64,000 nucleotides of DNA, taken from positions 1 through 64,000 of the IMG/VR virus record IMGVR_UViG_3300042294_004068. One strand, 5' to 3'. Position 1 is the stretch's first letter, and every line of letters begins with the position of its first letter. Origin of the DNA: a virus. Position numbers and translations under genes: made by a program. Positions 36,401 through 53,187 of the stretch are shown here, piece after piece. The notes below the pieces were generated by a model. It was not told where the DNA came from. It ran no database searches and saw nothing but the letters and a program-made list of their open reading frames with translations.

Positions 36401-37158
36401 CACCTGAACCTCCTATTGAACCTGAACCTGAGACTCCTGTAGAGCCTGAACCTGAGACTCCTGTAGAGCCTGAACCTGAGCCTGAGACGCCAGTAGATCC
36501 TGAACCAGAATCACCAGAACAACCAACAGACCCAGAAACTGAACCAGAATCGCCAGAGCAACCAACCGAACCCACCACACCTGAACCAACTCCTACCGAG
36601 CCTGAAGAAAAAGCTCCAGAAGCAATTATAGAAGATGCATTGGCTGATGGTGTTCTAACTGCTGAAGAAAAAGAAGCAGTAGTTGAAGCAATTTTGGAAG
36701 ATCTAGCTCCAGGAGAAGCTGTGACTTCAGAACAACTTGCTGAAGCTGGTATCAGTTACGAGGACTTACCGCCAGAAACTCCTGTTGAAACCAGAACTGA
36801 CGAGAACGGCAATCCTGTCATAATTACTGCTGAGGTTGCTGCCGCTTTAGTTTTGTTGGAGAACCCAGCAGAACTTTTGACTGAGATTTTTTCTGACCCA
36901 GGACAAGTGCTTTTAGCACTTGGAAGCATTGGTGCTGATATGTCAGAAGAAGAACGAGAAGAAGCGGAACAGATGATTGTTGCAACCGTTGTTGCTGCTG
37001 GAGCTGCAATACAAGCAGCCGCTGCCGCTGCAGGAACTGCTGGGTCTTCCAGTGGTGGAAGTGGTGGAAGCGGCGGAAGCGGCGGCGGAGGAGCAACTGG
37101 AAAAATGGATGGAACTAGAAGAAGAACTACTAGTGGAAAAGTTAGGAAGGTGAAATAA
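33481..37158 (+). CDS. Large exported protein: signal peptide, Ala/Thr/Gln helical region, PA14, FN3-like domain, Pro-Glu stalk, acidic C-terminal domain
   Basis: GGAGG before TTG 33481; AHA cleavage; [11 protein letters not shown] and YENGGGA (PA14); VSWDPP. Confidence 0.8.
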   Translation: MLRTFFGRAELNLKRFWLSAAATPFIIFLIGVLTPQAAHASDEQGVQPTPDPNQAPSSNASSGGDPQASSSGSAQEQITEVATAVATAESAVTQLETKVDQILEVATSVSQPSTQVTESISNAQTAVTEASSATQQASESVQTAQTAVTVSQIANQTLAQATSTVEAQTAAVATATSEATAAATAVSNQETVVSQAQATATSTQAAADSANTSTTVTETFNNNTTSVVTVTTGGTTVTSSTGSTGVSIGGNWNTPQTAGPALTIINPTNDIVIDVNPSNTGTVTQVVMGVYAKNGDTPIITTNTDGTITTTVLDNNVSTQLQPVQYTTTETVTGTNIDTVTIVKDSDYYIIDNIKVTKTTSDPALVAAAQQAATTLATEQATLTTLQTAQTTANNNLTSAQESLSTAQTTQEMAQDLATVSTAGAVSAVATAQASVEPAMTAVVEAVVVVAQTQVVVAEAAVETVSNTLQTVVASADALPLQKPEVTAVVDAAVDAVVGAQEAVEAAKTAMETAVTLAQTALTEPVAAAAVAEKTEVLTQAQAAVDAQEVVVTQAVTTEAAAQAVVDSATTPGLKVEVYNTQGQNASPTLPANAVPIHTTTDTNGINEQWGSGNVAGSNRGEDVIVKYTGQWTPQTTGTQYLHAPADDGVRLYLNGELVINDWYDKGGGGSTADVETIAGTSKVFEFWYYENGGGAHVALMRFTDSGWQIIPGSEFSQSSATAQQLQTLASAEANLAAEQTELEVLEAVEDVAQQDLVSAQEDLQDAEEATDAMETAVVLAQTAITETVEAIQAVQTAQTTVAEEVILQSPIAAPSNIVVTQLSNGDVQVSWDPPAGVISPERYAISWSNGSGGWGVATGNAGDANALNTSIVLSASLFESTGGLDTTYQISVRSDNDSLAKYSDVVATQMFISDPTPAPEPQPTPQPEPTPNPEPQPEPQPEPTQPEPEPEPQPDPQPEPEPEPTTPEPEPETPEPPIEPEPETPVEPEPETPVEPEPEPETPVDPEPESPEQPTDPETEPESPEQPTEPTTPEPTPTEPEEKAPEAIIEDALADGVLTAEEKEAVVEAILEDLAPGEAVTSEQLAEAGISYEDLPPETPVETRTDENGNPVIITAEVAAALVLLENPAELLTEIFSDPGQVLLALGSIGADMSEEEREEAEQMIVATVVAAGAAIQAAAAAAGTAGSSSGGSGGSGGSGGGGATGKMDGTRRRTTSGKVRKVK
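36225..36605 (+). repeat. Pro-Glu coding microrepeats incl. 24-nt tandem CCTGAACCTGAGACTCCTGTAGAG
   Basis: Direct repeats at 36421-36480. Confidence 0.8.
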
Positions 37159-37341
37159 ATGAAAAACTTCTTGAGAGATGTGTTAGACCAACTGTGGACA
37201 CTTCTAGGTATGTTTGTTGCTTGGATTGTTCTAGACGGCTCAGCTAAGACCGTGGTTGGCTATGCCATTATCTGGGCGACAGTTGTATGGGTTATTACAT
37301 ACAGACTGAGAAACCCAAAAGAAGAAGAGGATGAAGAGTAA
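37159..37341 (+). CDS. Two-TM membrane partner of upstream exported protein
   Basis: DQLWTLLGMFVAWIVLDGSAK; abuts upstream stop. Confidence 0.7.
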   Translation: MKNFLRDVLDQLWTLLGMFVAWIVLDGSAKTVVGYAIIWATVVWVITYRLRNPKEEEDEE

Positions 37342-37342
37342 A

Positions 37343-37411
37343 AGTCAGGAAGGTTAAACTGATGTCTTCCTGACTCAAATGGTTGATTTAAAGCTCTATC
37401 TATGATAGATT
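37343..37411 (+). promoter_or_regulatory. Inverted repeat AGTCAGGAAG/CTTCCTGACT followed by promoter TTGATT-N17-TAGATT
   Basis: Upstream of HTH-terL operon. Confidence 0.55.
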
Positions 37412-37456
37412 TACACAGGACGCGTTGGATACAATGACACAGATGGAGATATAAAG

Positions 37457-37915
37457 ATGAGCAATGAGCTTGTAGAACAGTATGCCCAGCTTATTCAACC
37501 GCACCTCGAAGATGCGAAGAAGGCGTATGGAGCAAGAACTCAAAACAGTCCAGCGCATAATGCAAGTCGTGAGTACACACGACTGTTAATTGAATTTCGT
37601 AATAAAGGTGGAAGTCTTCCACTTCTAGCAAAGCGACTTAAAGTGGCATATGCAGGAGTTCGCCGTCGCGTTGTTATGAATGAGATAAATGTTTCTAATA
37701 TTAAACCTCAAACTAAAATTCGAGGAGAAGCAGTCAAAGAGGCTGCCGACCGAGTACGAATTGCTAAAAAGCGCGGCACAGACCAGTATCACGACCAACT
37801 TGCCGAAGAATATAAGTCAGGAATTTCTCTTTCTAATTTAGCAAAAGAGTTAGGTCTTAGCTCTGCTGCACCGCTGTACTATGGAGTTCAGAGAAGTCTT
37901 CAAAGAAATAGATAG
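37457..37915 (+). CDS. DNA-binding protein with two HTH-like repeats
   Basis: GGSLPLLAKRLKVAY and GISLSNLAKELGLS. Confidence 0.7.
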   Translation: MSNELVEQYAQLIQPHLEDAKKAYGARTQNSPAHNASREYTRLLIEFRNKGGSLPLLAKRLKVAYAGVRRRVVMNEINVSNIKPQTKIRGEAVKEAADRVRIAKKRGTDQYHDQLAEEYKSGISLSNLAKELGLSSAAPLYYGVQRSLQRNR

Positions 37916-37923
37916 GTGTCGAT

Positions 37924-39345
37924 ATGGGAAAGAGCTTCATGGAGCAGCTCGCCATGCTATCGCAAGAAGAGCAAGCTGCGGTTCTTTCCAGTATTGACCC
38001 AGAATTACTTCAATGGGATTGGCGTTCTTGGGGTAGACCAGAACAACTTCCTCCAGAAGGTGATGATTGGAATATTTGGCTTGTACTTGCAGGTCGTGGT
38101 TTTGGTAAAACAAGACTTGCAGCCGAATGGGTAAGAGAGCAAGCTAAATACACCACAGAGGGTCAAAGACGTTTTGCATTGGTGGCTCGTACTGCAGCCG
38201 ATGTTCGTGACGTTATTGTTGAAGGTGAATCAGGAATTATCAATGTTTCTCCACCATCAGAGCGTCCACATTACGAGCCATCAAAACGTCGCTTAACTTG
38301 GCCTAACGGAAACACTGCCACACTTTTTACTGCTGACGAACCAGACTCACTTCGTGGTCCACAATTCACTCACGCATGGGGCGATGAGATTGCAGCTTGG
38401 CGTCAAACTCCAGATGCTGCAGGTATGACTGCATTTGACAACCTTCGAGTCGGTACTCGTCTTGGTGCAAAACCAAAAATTGTTTGCACAACTACTCCTA
38501 AGAGAGTCCCACTTCTCTACAAATTGATTGAAGAATCAACTAATTCAAAGAGTCTTTCAAAAGTTATTGTGACCAGAGGCTCCACAATGGACAACGCTGG
38601 AAACTTGTCTGGAACATATCTAGACACAATTATGGGTGTTTATGAAGGAACATCACTTGCTCGTCAAGAGCTTTACGGTGAAATGCTTGATGATGTTGAA
38701 GGCACACTGTGGACAATGGAGATGATAGAAAGTTCTAGACAAGGACTTCTTCCTCCTCAGGCTCCACTTCGTTGTATTGGTGTTGACCCTTCTGTTGCAG
38801 AAAACCCTCGAGATGAGTGTGGAATTGTTGTTTGCGCTTCAACTGCTGATAGAGATTTATATAAACGTCACGCTTGGGTTTTAGAAGATGCATCAGTTCT
38901 TGGCTCACCAGAAGTGTGGGCAAATAAAGTTGTTGAGATGGCTAGACGTTGGGGTGCACCAGTAATTGCTGAAGTAAACCAAGGTGGAGCACTAGTTCGC
39001 AATGCTATTAATGCAATTGACCCAAATGTTAAAGTTTTGGAAGTGCACTCAAAACATGGTAAAGCGCTTCGCGCCGAACCTGTTGTTCTTGCTTACGAAC
39101 AGAATCGCGTTCATCATATTGGATATCTTCCAGACCTTGAGTCTCAGATGACAACTTGGGTTCCAGGAGAGTCCAAAAAATCTCCAGACCGTGTGGATGC
39201 TCTAGTTCACGCAATGACGGCCCTCCTAATCAAACCTCCGCAAGGGTTTGTTGGTGGCAATCTTGTAGCCAAATCTTTTTCCTCACGACGCTTGCCTAAT
39301 TTTAGAGCAGGTGGCGGAGGTCGAGTTTTTACTCCTAGAAGTTAA
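37924..39345 (+). CDS. terL: Terminase large subunit
   Basis: AGRGFGKT, LRGPQF, WGDE, TTTP, IGVDP and PDRVDA. Confidence 0.95.
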   Translation: MGKSFMEQLAMLSQEEQAAVLSSIDPELLQWDWRSWGRPEQLPPEGDDWNIWLVLAGRGFGKTRLAAEWVREQAKYTTEGQRRFALVARTAADVRDVIVEGESGIINVSPPSERPHYEPSKRRLTWPNGNTATLFTADEPDSLRGPQFTHAWGDEIAAWRQTPDAAGMTAFDNLRVGTRLGAKPKIVCTTTPKRVPLLYKLIEESTNSKSLSKVIVTRGSTMDNAGNLSGTYLDTIMGVYEGTSLARQELYGEMLDDVEGTLWTMEMIESSRQGLLPPQAPLRCIGVDPSVAENPRDECGIVVCASTADRDLYKRHAWVLEDASVLGSPEVWANKVVEMARRWGAPVIAEVNQGGALVRNAINAIDPNVKVLEVHSKHGKALRAEPVVLAYEQNRVHHIGYLPDLESQMTTWVPGESKKSPDRVDALVHAMTALLIKPPQGFVGGNLVAKSFSSRRLPNFRAGGGGRVFTPRS

Positions 39346-41963
39346 AAAGCTCTATTGAAGTTATTTAAAGTGCTCCAATCAAGCTCAGCACTTTGAACAA
39401 CTCTTGGAACTAGGGTTCTTCCTCTAATAACTGCTCTAGAGCCTGTTCCTTCGATTGTTACTCCTCTTTCAGTCATTTTCTTTTGTAGAGAACCTTGACT
39501 TAGAGGACGTTCTCCGCGTTCTTCGCTCCATTGACGGTAGACGCCATAAACAATTTTTAGAGCAACGCTAGCTGAAGGATTTTCATTAGTCTCTTCTGAC
39601 AAGAAGATACCGATGCGGTCTTCATTCTTACGATACATCTCAGCAGCTTCAGCTACTTGAGTGCACCAACCCAATGCATCACGAGATGACGAACCTAGAA
39701 TTTTTATCGCACCATCAACAGCCCATGACAAAACTGCTGGCAGTGCTCCTTCTGGGTCGAATATGTATGCCTTCAAATTAGGATCAGGGTTTTCAGGCAC
39801 TCGTGTCATTGGCATCGGACGGATACGACGCCACATGGCATCATCCGTGATGATTGGGCGGTGGTTTGTCGTAACCCAGAGTTTGGCTCTAGATTCGAAC
39901 GTGAATGGCTGTTCTCCTGGAGAACGAGCAGAGATTACAGATGAACCAGTCAACTTCTTAACTTGATTTTCTTTAATTCTTTCATTGTCTGGCAATTCGT
40001 CTACCCAAACTAGGCGACGTCCACGCAACTGAGCCCAGTGGTAAGCATCAGTATTACCACTGCTCATATCGTTTGCAGCAAGAATGTGAGAGTCAAGAGG
40101 CCACGCATATTGCTCAGTGCCAAGACATTTCACAATTGCTTCAACAAGAGTGTTTTTACCAGAACCTGCTGGTCCATAGACAAGAAACATAATGTCGTAG
40201 ATGTTTGAACCAGTTATTGAATACCCAGCAGCTTTTTGAAGCCAGTCTTGATATTCCTTATCGCCACCAGTTGCAAAATCTAAGAACTGCTGCCAACGAA
40301 CATTGGTGTGTCCTCGAGTATATGTAACTGGAGCACGTCGAGTGATGTGTAAGTCTGGTCGTCCTTTAAGAAGTTCACCAGTTTTTAAATCAATAACTCC
40401 GTTGAGAACACCTAAGAGATTTTCATCGTTGTCCCAGCGACTAACAGGGATTTCAATTCTTGGGTCGGACTTTGCAGACTCAATTGCGCCCTTCATTCTT
40501 GCATTTGAGCGAGATTGATGTGCCCATTGAATAACTGAAGCTTGTTGAGAATCTGGATACTGAATTACTTCAGCAGAAATAATTGGTGGAACTCTTTTAG
40601 CTAGTTCTTGAACTTCCAACGACTCTTTGTCTGGCTTCCAGTAGCCTTCTTTCCAAACAAACCAACCCAAACCGCTCGTATAACGAATGCCAGCGCCAAA
40701 TACGTCAACAAGGCGACGACCGTTACCTGTGTCAGAAAGCGAACGTTTGCTTTCATTTCCTCCGTCTTCGATTCGTAGAGCATCTGGGTCCTTTGGAACA
40801 TTGATATTTGTTAATGATGTGGCTTGTTCAATGGAATCTCCATCTTCAATACCAGCCATAACTGTACTTGAAATTGGACCAGTGCCCATTGGAAAAAATG
40901 TAGGTTCTTTTGGAGGTTGGACAACACCAATTAGCGGTTGAACAACACCAGTCAGCGGTTGTAGCTCATTTTGTGGCTGAGATAGGCGCTCTGCTTGTTG
41001 TTTTTGCCATTCAGCTGTCTCTGGAGAAATGAATCCAATCTTTGGATTTGATGCTACAAAGTCAATAGCACGGTGAACGTGGTGCAAGAGTCCATTAGTA
41101 CCGTCTATGTGAAGAGGTGGTCGAATTTTTGTAGCGTTGAATCGAATCATGTCTGACTCAATCATTCGTCTAGCGTCTTTGCTAGTTCCAAATTTATTTG
41201 CAAGAGCGCATGTCAATTTATAAACATCAACAGCACGGGCACCCTCATCAATACCTTTTTCAAGAATTCCAGAGATATCAACTTTTTCGTATTCGAGGTC
41301 GTCCCAATCTCCAGACTCTAAAGTAAAGCTGGTTCTCTTAGATCTCTTACGTAAAGCAGCAAGTAGTTGTTCTGGTGCTTCAGCAATTTCAATTTCCCAA
41401 GGTGCTTTTCCAGGAACCCACTCATAGTTAACTCCAGAGAAGTGTTTACTTGGTGCAATCAGAACATAACCGTTGTGCTTAATATCAATTCCATTAAGAC
41501 CCATCTTGGAAAGATTTCCAATAAGTCCTTCTGAATCATCGCAACGATAAAAAATGTGACGACCACGAGTAGCAACACCTCGGTCGTTTGTATAGACACC
41601 AGTTATCGCTTCTACTGTTGGTGGTAGTGCGCCTTCAACTAGTTCTTCAAATTTAATAAAAGAGTCAGGACCACCAGAACGTGGGTCAATATCGATTACA
41701 AAAAATCCACTCTTAGAACAGTGAACTCCAACGTTGTAGTTTGAATTTTCAGTCCACCATTGTTCAACTCGTGCAGGGTCGTGTGTGGACATAACATTCC
41801 ACTCATTAAGAGCTGGGTGTTTTCCTACCTCTTTAGGTTCACCATGAGGCTTATTGCACGTACAACGCCCATTAACAATTCCGTGGCAGGGAAGAATGCT
41901 CCAGTCAATACTTGAATAGAACCTTGCGCCTTTGACAAGGCGTTCGGAGGACTCGTCGCTCAT
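39342..41963 (-). CDS. Bifunctional primase/polymerase fused to P4/D5-type SF3 helicase
   Basis: GKHP, IDIDPR, GRHIFY, GYVLIAPS; GPAGSGKNT and DDAMWRR. Confidence 0.92.
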   Translation of the reverse strand: MSDESSERLVKGARFYSSIDWSILPCHGIVNGRCTCNKPHGEPKEVGKHPALNEWNVMSTHDPARVEQWWTENSNYNVGVHCSKSGFFVIDIDPRSGGPDSFIKFEELVEGALPPTVEAITGVYTNDRGVATRGRHIFYRCDDSEGLIGNLSKMGLNGIDIKHNGYVLIAPSKHFSGVNYEWVPGKAPWEIEIAEAPEQLLAALRKRSKRTSFTLESGDWDDLEYEKVDISGILEKGIDEGARAVDVYKLTCALANKFGTSKDARRMIESDMIRFNATKIRPPLHIDGTNGLLHHVHRAIDFVASNPKIGFISPETAEWQKQQAERLSQPQNELQPLTGVVQPLIGVVQPPKEPTFFPMGTGPISSTVMAGIEDGDSIEQATSLTNINVPKDPDALRIEDGGNESKRSLSDTGNGRRLVDVFGAGIRYTSGLGWFVWKEGYWKPDKESLEVQELAKRVPPIISAEVIQYPDSQQASVIQWAHQSRSNARMKGAIESAKSDPRIEIPVSRWDNDENLLGVLNGVIDLKTGELLKGRPDLHITRRAPVTYTRGHTNVRWQQFLDFATGGDKEYQDWLQKAAGYSITGSNIYDIMFLVYGPAGSGKNTLVEAIVKCLGTEQYAWPLDSHILAANDMSSGNTDAYHWAQLRGRRLVWVDELPDNERIKENQVKKLTGSSVISARSPGEQPFTFESRAKLWVTTNHRPIITDDAMWRRIRPMPMTRVPENPDPNLKAYIFDPEGALPAVLSWAVDGAIKILGSSSRDALGWCTQVAEAAEMYRKNEDRIGIFLSEETNENPSASVALKIVYGVYRQWSEERGERPLSQGSLQKKMTERGVTIEGTGSRAVIRGRTLVPRVVQSAELDWSTLNNFNRAF

Positions 41964-41987
41964 ATAACCTCCGTCGTCATGAATCCA

Positions 41988-42016
41988 AAGTTACCTGACT
42001 CTACAATATGAGTCAA
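41988..42016 (-). promoter_or_regulatory. Primase promoter TTGACT-N17-TAACTT with TGACTC-N8-GAGTCA palindrome
   Basis: -35 at 42016-42011, -10 at 41993-41988. Confidence 0.65.
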
Positions 42017-42129
42017 GAGTTTTTTTAGTGTGTAGCAAATATACCCTGCAAGAGGCCAAATAAAAGTAGCCAACTAACTTTTACTATAAACTATATCCAT
42101 AGTCCTATAGTCTGGAAGTCGGTACCTAA

Positions 42130-42528
42130 TTGCTAATTCCTCAAGCTAACTCATGGTGGGAACCAGGTACCCCAAATTTTCTGGATATAGGGGATATCTC
42201 AGCGGTTTTGGTATTTCTAATTACCCTCACAGGAGCCTTTTTTGCTGTAACAAAGTTTTGGCTAAAACTACTCCGTCGAATCATTCGTGAAGAAATTGAA
42301 GTGGCTACAGCACCAATTCATCCTAGCGCGAATGGGGGGCTCAGTCTAGCAGATGTGGCTAGAAAAACAAATAAGCTAGAAGAGCAACTGTCAGAGATGC
42401 ATAAAGACAGTCTTGAGACTAAAGATTTGTTGATAAAGGTGCTGGCTCAGTCCGTGATAATTCCAGACACTCCGCCTATGGTTGAACCACCTATGAAGCG
42501 AAAAGGCCGTAAGTCCGCTTCTTCTTAG
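42130..42528 (+). CDS. Actinophage membrane protein (NGG.SL.D type)
   Basis: TM helix plus HPSANGGLSLADV. Confidence 0.65.
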   Translation: MLIPQANSWWEPGTPNFLDIGDISAVLVFLITLTGAFFAVTKFWLKLLRRIIREEIEVATAPIHPSANGGLSLADVARKTNKLEEQLSEMHKDSLETKDLLIKVLAQSVIIPDTPPMVEPPMKRKGRKSASS

Positions 42529-42666
42529 AAACACTTTTTTTCTTAATTTCCGACACGCCATAAGTCACTAATTATTTCATTTTTATATCTTCACTGCTAT
42601 CCTCATATCTAGAGTAACTGTAAGGTTTACGGTAACTCTACATAGAAGGAAAACTGGAGGATTTCA

Positions 42667-42942
42667 GTGAGTTTAGCTGAGAAATTAAACAGTGCTACTC
42701 GTACTCAACCAGGTTTGCCCTGCGGTGTAGGCAAGCTATTGACAGAGCTAAAAGGCGAAGATAAAGAAGCCTTAGAAATTATTTTTTCAACCCGTTCCGT
42801 GCCTGGAACAGTATCAAATAGGCAAGTACATAAAATCCTTCTTGAGGAAGGATATGAAATTGCATTTGCCTCTATCACCCTTCATCGACGTAAGCAATGC
42901 CGTTGCTTTACAAGTCGAGATCAGGCATATAAGGAGAACTGA
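42667..42942 (+). CDS. Small putative DNA-binding protein
   Basis: GGAGG SD; PC.VG...HRRKQCRC. Confidence 0.7.
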   Translation: MSLAEKLNSATRTQPGLPCGVGKLLTELKGEDKEALEIIFSTRSVPGTVSNRQVHKILLEEGYEIAFASITLHRRKQCRCFTSRDQAYKEN

Positions 42943-44159
42943 TGTCGTCTTTAACCGACAAACTCACTGAGCTTATTTCCCCAGGGCCAAGTGGTTCGGA
43001 TATAAGAGCGACCAATACTCCTGAATCTTGGAGACCTCGTCTTGAGATAGACCCAGAAAAAGGTGAAGGTTATTTTATTTCTACCCCTAGACCAGCAGGA
43101 AACAGTCCTGATGGTGTTGAACTATTAAAAGAATTTGATTTAGACCCAAGTGATTGGACTATTACGTCCATCAGAAAATCTCGCTGGCAAAATCATAAAG
43201 GCGATTGGCTTGAAGCTTTTCGAGCAAGTCTTGTACCAACCAGCACAAAAAAATCTTCCGAACTTGATTTTGATTTAGAAAAATTAATACAAGATGTTTC
43301 AAAGTGGAGACCTTCAAAAGTCTCACAAAAAATTACAGGTGATTTAGCTTTTATTTTTGCTCCAAGCGACCAGCAAATTGGAAAAAAGCAAGGAGACGTA
43401 GGAACCGACACCACAGTGTCAAGGTTGCTCACCCTCACAGAGATGGGTGTTCAGAGACTTCACGAGCTGAGAAAAATTGGAAGACCTATAGGAACAGTGG
43501 TTATTCCATTACCGGGAGACCATGTAGAAGGTATTGTTTCGCAGAACGGAAGAGTTCAAGGGCAAGCAGCCTCTGATTTAGGAATTACAGAACAAACCAG
43601 ACTTGCTAGACGAGTTCTTATGGCTCAAATTAAAGCTTTTGCTCCTTTAGCAGAGCGCATCATAGTTCCAGTAGTTAATGGAAATCATGACGAAGCAGGT
43701 CGTCAAGTTATTACAGACCCTTCAGATGGTTGGAATGTTGAAATCGCGAGCGCTGTTCAGGATGCTTGCGCTGAGAATGAAAACCTTTCTCACGTTGAGT
43801 TTAGGTTTCCAGAAAAGTCCCATCAAACATTGTCAATAAATATTTGTGGAACTATGGTCGGATTGTTCCACGGGCATCAGTCAGGTTCTAATGTCATGAA
43901 GTATCTTCAAGAGCAATCTGCAGGTCAAACTGCCCTTGGAATGTCTGACATATGGATTTCTGGGCACTTTCACAATTTTAAAACTATGGATATTGGTGAG
44001 CGTCTGTGGCTTCAGTGTCCAACAGTCGACCCCGGAAGTGCGTGGTTTAGGGACCGCCACGGGCTAGAATCGCCACCCGGAGTTTTGACCCTTGTTGTAG
44101 GAGATGGCTACAACCCAAGAAGGGATATTAGCGTTCTTTCAGTGCCTAGGTCTGCATAA
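42942..44159 (+). CDS. Calcineurin-like metallophosphoesterase / nuclease
   Basis: SDQQIG, GDHVE, GNHD, HGH and GHFH. Confidence 0.85.
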   Translation: MSSLTDKLTELISPGPSGSDIRATNTPESWRPRLEIDPEKGEGYFISTPRPAGNSPDGVELLKEFDLDPSDWTITSIRKSRWQNHKGDWLEAFRASLVPTSTKKSSELDFDLEKLIQDVSKWRPSKVSQKITGDLAFIFAPSDQQIGKKQGDVGTDTTVSRLLTLTEMGVQRLHELRKIGRPIGTVVIPLPGDHVEGIVSQNGRVQGQAASDLGITEQTRLARRVLMAQIKAFAPLAERIIVPVVNGNHDEAGRQVITDPSDGWNVEIASAVQDACAENENLSHVEFRFPEKSHQTLSINICGTMVGLFHGHQSGSNVMKYLQEQSAGQTALGMSDIWISGHFHNFKTMDIGERLWLQCPTVDPGSAWFRDRHGLESPPGVLTLVVGDGYNPRRDISVLSVPRSA

Positions 44160-44265
44160 TTTAAGACATAGCCATGTCTATAACAGCGTACAATAGAGAG
44201 CGATTTAGGAATCTGCTTGCCTGTGCAGATTTCACTGCATGCTATCGAGACCTGGAGCACCACTG

Positions 44266-50559
<6,294 letters not shown>

Positions 50560-50580
50560 GAATGACAGAGAGGAGATAAC

Positions 50581-51282
50581 ATGCCAGCAATTGATTTTCC
50601 AAATAACCCGACGCTAAATCAGGTTTACACAAATGGAGTTAACACTTATTCTTGGGATGGTACTGCTTGGCGACTAGTTCGTACTAGTGCTCAAGGTCCT
50701 ACTGGTCCTACAGGACCAGCAGGTGCAGACTCAACAGCTATTGGTGCAACTGGACCTACAGGTGCGCAAGGACCAACTGGCCCAGAAGGACCAGCAGGAG
50801 CTCCTTCAACTACACCTGGTCCAATTGGACCTACAGGTGCGACAGGTTCTTTCGCGATTGAACCTTGGACTTTATATACACCTGTTTGGTATGGCAGCAC
50901 AACTAATCCGCAAATCGGTAATGGAATTATTCAAGGTAGATATACCTATGTAGGTGCAACAATTTTTGGAGAAATTAGAATTCAAGCTGGAACTTCTGGA
51001 TTTAACAGAGGAAGTGGAACTTATTCTCTAAGCCTTCCTTCAAACGGTATCGTCGAGAATTACCAGCCTGTAGGGCAAGTGGTTATGCGAGATGAAGGTC
51101 CAGGTATTACTTACTTTGGAACTGCAATTTTCAACAATAACTTTACAAACAGAATTGAATTGTTTATGCACTCACAGTCTGCAACATTTGATGAAGGTGT
51201 AGCAGTTACTGAAAGCACTCCATTTTTGTTTAGCGGTAATGACAAGATTCTTGTCCAATTCACATACGAGTCAGTGGTATAG
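50581..51282 (+). CDS. Collagen-like fibre protein
   Basis: MPAIDFP N-domain, GXY run, tail-fibre-type C-domain. Confidence 0.8.
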   Translation: MPAIDFPNNPTLNQVYTNGVNTYSWDGTAWRLVRTSAQGPTGPTGPAGADSTAIGATGPTGAQGPTGPEGPAGAPSTTPGPIGPTGATGSFAIEPWTLYTPVWYGSTTNPQIGNGIIQGRYTYVGATIFGEIRIQAGTSGFNRGSGTYSLSLPSNGIVENYQPVGQVVMRDEGPGITYFGTAIFNNNFTNRIELFMHSQSATFDEGVAVTESTPFLFSGNDKILVQFTYESVV

Positions 51283-51296
51283 GAGGCGAGTAGATA

Positions 51297-53186
51297 ATGG
51301 CAGCTATTGATTTTCCTAATTCTCCTACACCAAACGATTTATTTACTTCAGGTAGTCAAACTTGGCAGTGGGATGGAACTTCTTGGAACTTAGTTATTTC
51401 TCAAGTTGTTGGTCCTACTGGTCCTCAAGGTCCTACTGGAGCAGCAAGTAATGTAACTGGTCCTACAGGTGCGACAGGCACTGTTCTTTTAGCATCAGAC
51501 ACTCCTCCAACTGGAGCTTCTGCAGGTGATGCTTGGTTAAATACTGCAACTGGAAAAATTTATGTTTACTTTGATGACTACTGGGTTGAGTCTGCATCAA
51601 GTTTGAGCGGTAGCCAAGGTCCTACTGGAGCTACAGGTGCTACTGGCCCTCAAAGTACAGTTCTAGGTCCAACTGGTCCTACAGGTTCTACAGGACCAAC
51701 AGGCCCACAAGGAAATACAGGCCCATCTGGTCCTCGAGGTTTTGACATCACTGGGCCTACTGGTCCACAAGGTCCTACAGGTGCACAAGGTGTAACTGGT
51801 CCTGAAGGTGAAAGAGGTCCTACAGGTCCTATTGGACCAATCGGAAATACTGGTCCTCAAGGTGAAGAAGGTACAACTGGCCCAACTGGTGCACAAGGTT
51901 TGCAAGGTGCTACTGGCCCAACTGGTCCTCGCGGATTCGTCGGTCCTACTGGCCCAGTAGGTGCTACTGGTCCGTCAGTAACTGGTGCGACAGGTGCAAC
52001 TGGTGCTTCTGGCCCGACAGGTCCTGCAGGTGGACCTACAGGTCCAACAGGAGCAACAGGCCCTACTGGTTCTGAAGGTCCAACTGGTGCTGCTGGTCTT
52101 CGTGGTGCGACTGGTGCTACAGGTGCCACAGGTGCTGCCTCTACTATTCCAGGACCTACAGGTCCTACAGGTCCATCTGTAACTGGCCCAACTGGTGCTG
52201 CTTCCAATATTCCAGGACCAACAGGTCCTACAGGACCAACAGGTGCTGGTCCTACTGGTCCTACAGGTTCAGCGGGAGCAAGTTTTGCTGGAGTAACATC
52301 TACAAGCAACCTTTCTGTTTCTTTAGGATCTGAAAACTTTATTGTTAATAAAGTTGATGCTTTTGCTGTCGGAACTCGAGCTCGTTTAGCTAGTGCTAGC
52401 TTCCCTCAGGATTATATGGAAGGTGTCATCACCACAATTGTTGGCACAAGCATCACCATGTTTGTGGACAAGGTAAATGGTGAAGGAAATACATATGCAA
52501 GTTGGAACTTAGTTCTTGGTGCTGGAGAAATCGGACCTACAGGTCCTACTGGTCCTCAGGGTGCTTCTATTAAGTTTAAAGGTACTGTTCAATTTGACGT
52601 AAATCTTCCAGCAAGTGGAAATCAAATTAACGATGCTTATGTAGTTTCTGCAACAGGTGACCTTTGGGTTTGGAACGGAACTACTTGGCAAAATGTGGGA
52701 CGTATTCAAGGTCCTACTGGAGGCACAGGGCCTACTGGGTCACAAGGACTAATTGGTCCTACAGGTCCTACAGGTGCTGATAGCACAGTTGCAGGACCTA
52801 CTGGACCTACTGGAAGCACTGGACCTACAGGCTCTACTGGTATTCAAGGACCAACTGGACCTGCATTCTTTAATCTAACTGGTCCTCAGTATTTAGCTTC
52901 TGTAACTCTTACTGCTAATGACAATGCTTCTTTAGTCAAGTTGAACAGCTCTTCTCCTACTGTTGTAACTATTCCAGCAGATGGAACTAGCGGATATACA
53001 TTCGACACTGGTTCTCAGATTGTTTTGACGCAATTAGGTAGTGCTGTTTTCAGTGTTACTGGTGCTGCAGGAGTTAGTGTTCTTAGTGAAGGAAGTCGCT
53101 ATACAAGTAAGCAGCGTTATGCAGTAGCTTCTCTAATTAAACTTGGAGCTAATTCGTGGTTGTTAAGCGGAAACCTACAGGCTTAG
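51297..53186 (+). CDS. Collagen-like fibre protein
   Basis: MAAIDFP N-domain, long GXY runs, C-terminal WLLSGNL domain. Confidence 0.8.
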   Translation: MAAIDFPNSPTPNDLFTSGSQTWQWDGTSWNLVISQVVGPTGPQGPTGAASNVTGPTGATGTVLLASDTPPTGASAGDAWLNTATGKIYVYFDDYWVESASSLSGSQGPTGATGATGPQSTVLGPTGPTGSTGPTGPQGNTGPSGPRGFDITGPTGPQGPTGAQGVTGPEGERGPTGPIGPIGNTGPQGEEGTTGPTGAQGLQGATGPTGPRGFVGPTGPVGATGPSVTGATGATGASGPTGPAGGPTGPTGATGPTGSEGPTGAAGLRGATGATGATGAASTIPGPTGPTGPSVTGPTGAASNIPGPTGPTGPTGAGPTGPTGSAGASFAGVTSTSNLSVSLGSENFIVNKVDAFAVGTRARLASASFPQDYMEGVITTIVGTSITMFVDKVNGEGNTYASWNLVLGAGEIGPTGPTGPQGASIKFKGTVQFDVNLPASGNQINDAYVVSATGDLWVWNGTTWQNVGRIQGPTGGTGPTGSQGLIGPTGPTGADSTVAGPTGPTGSTGPTGSTGIQGPTGPAFFNLTGPQYLASVTLTANDNASLVKLNSSSPTVVTIPADGTSGYTFDTGSQIVLTQLGSAVFSVTGAAGVSVLSEGSRYTSKQRYAVASLIKLGANSWLLSGNLQA

Positions 53187-53187
53187 A

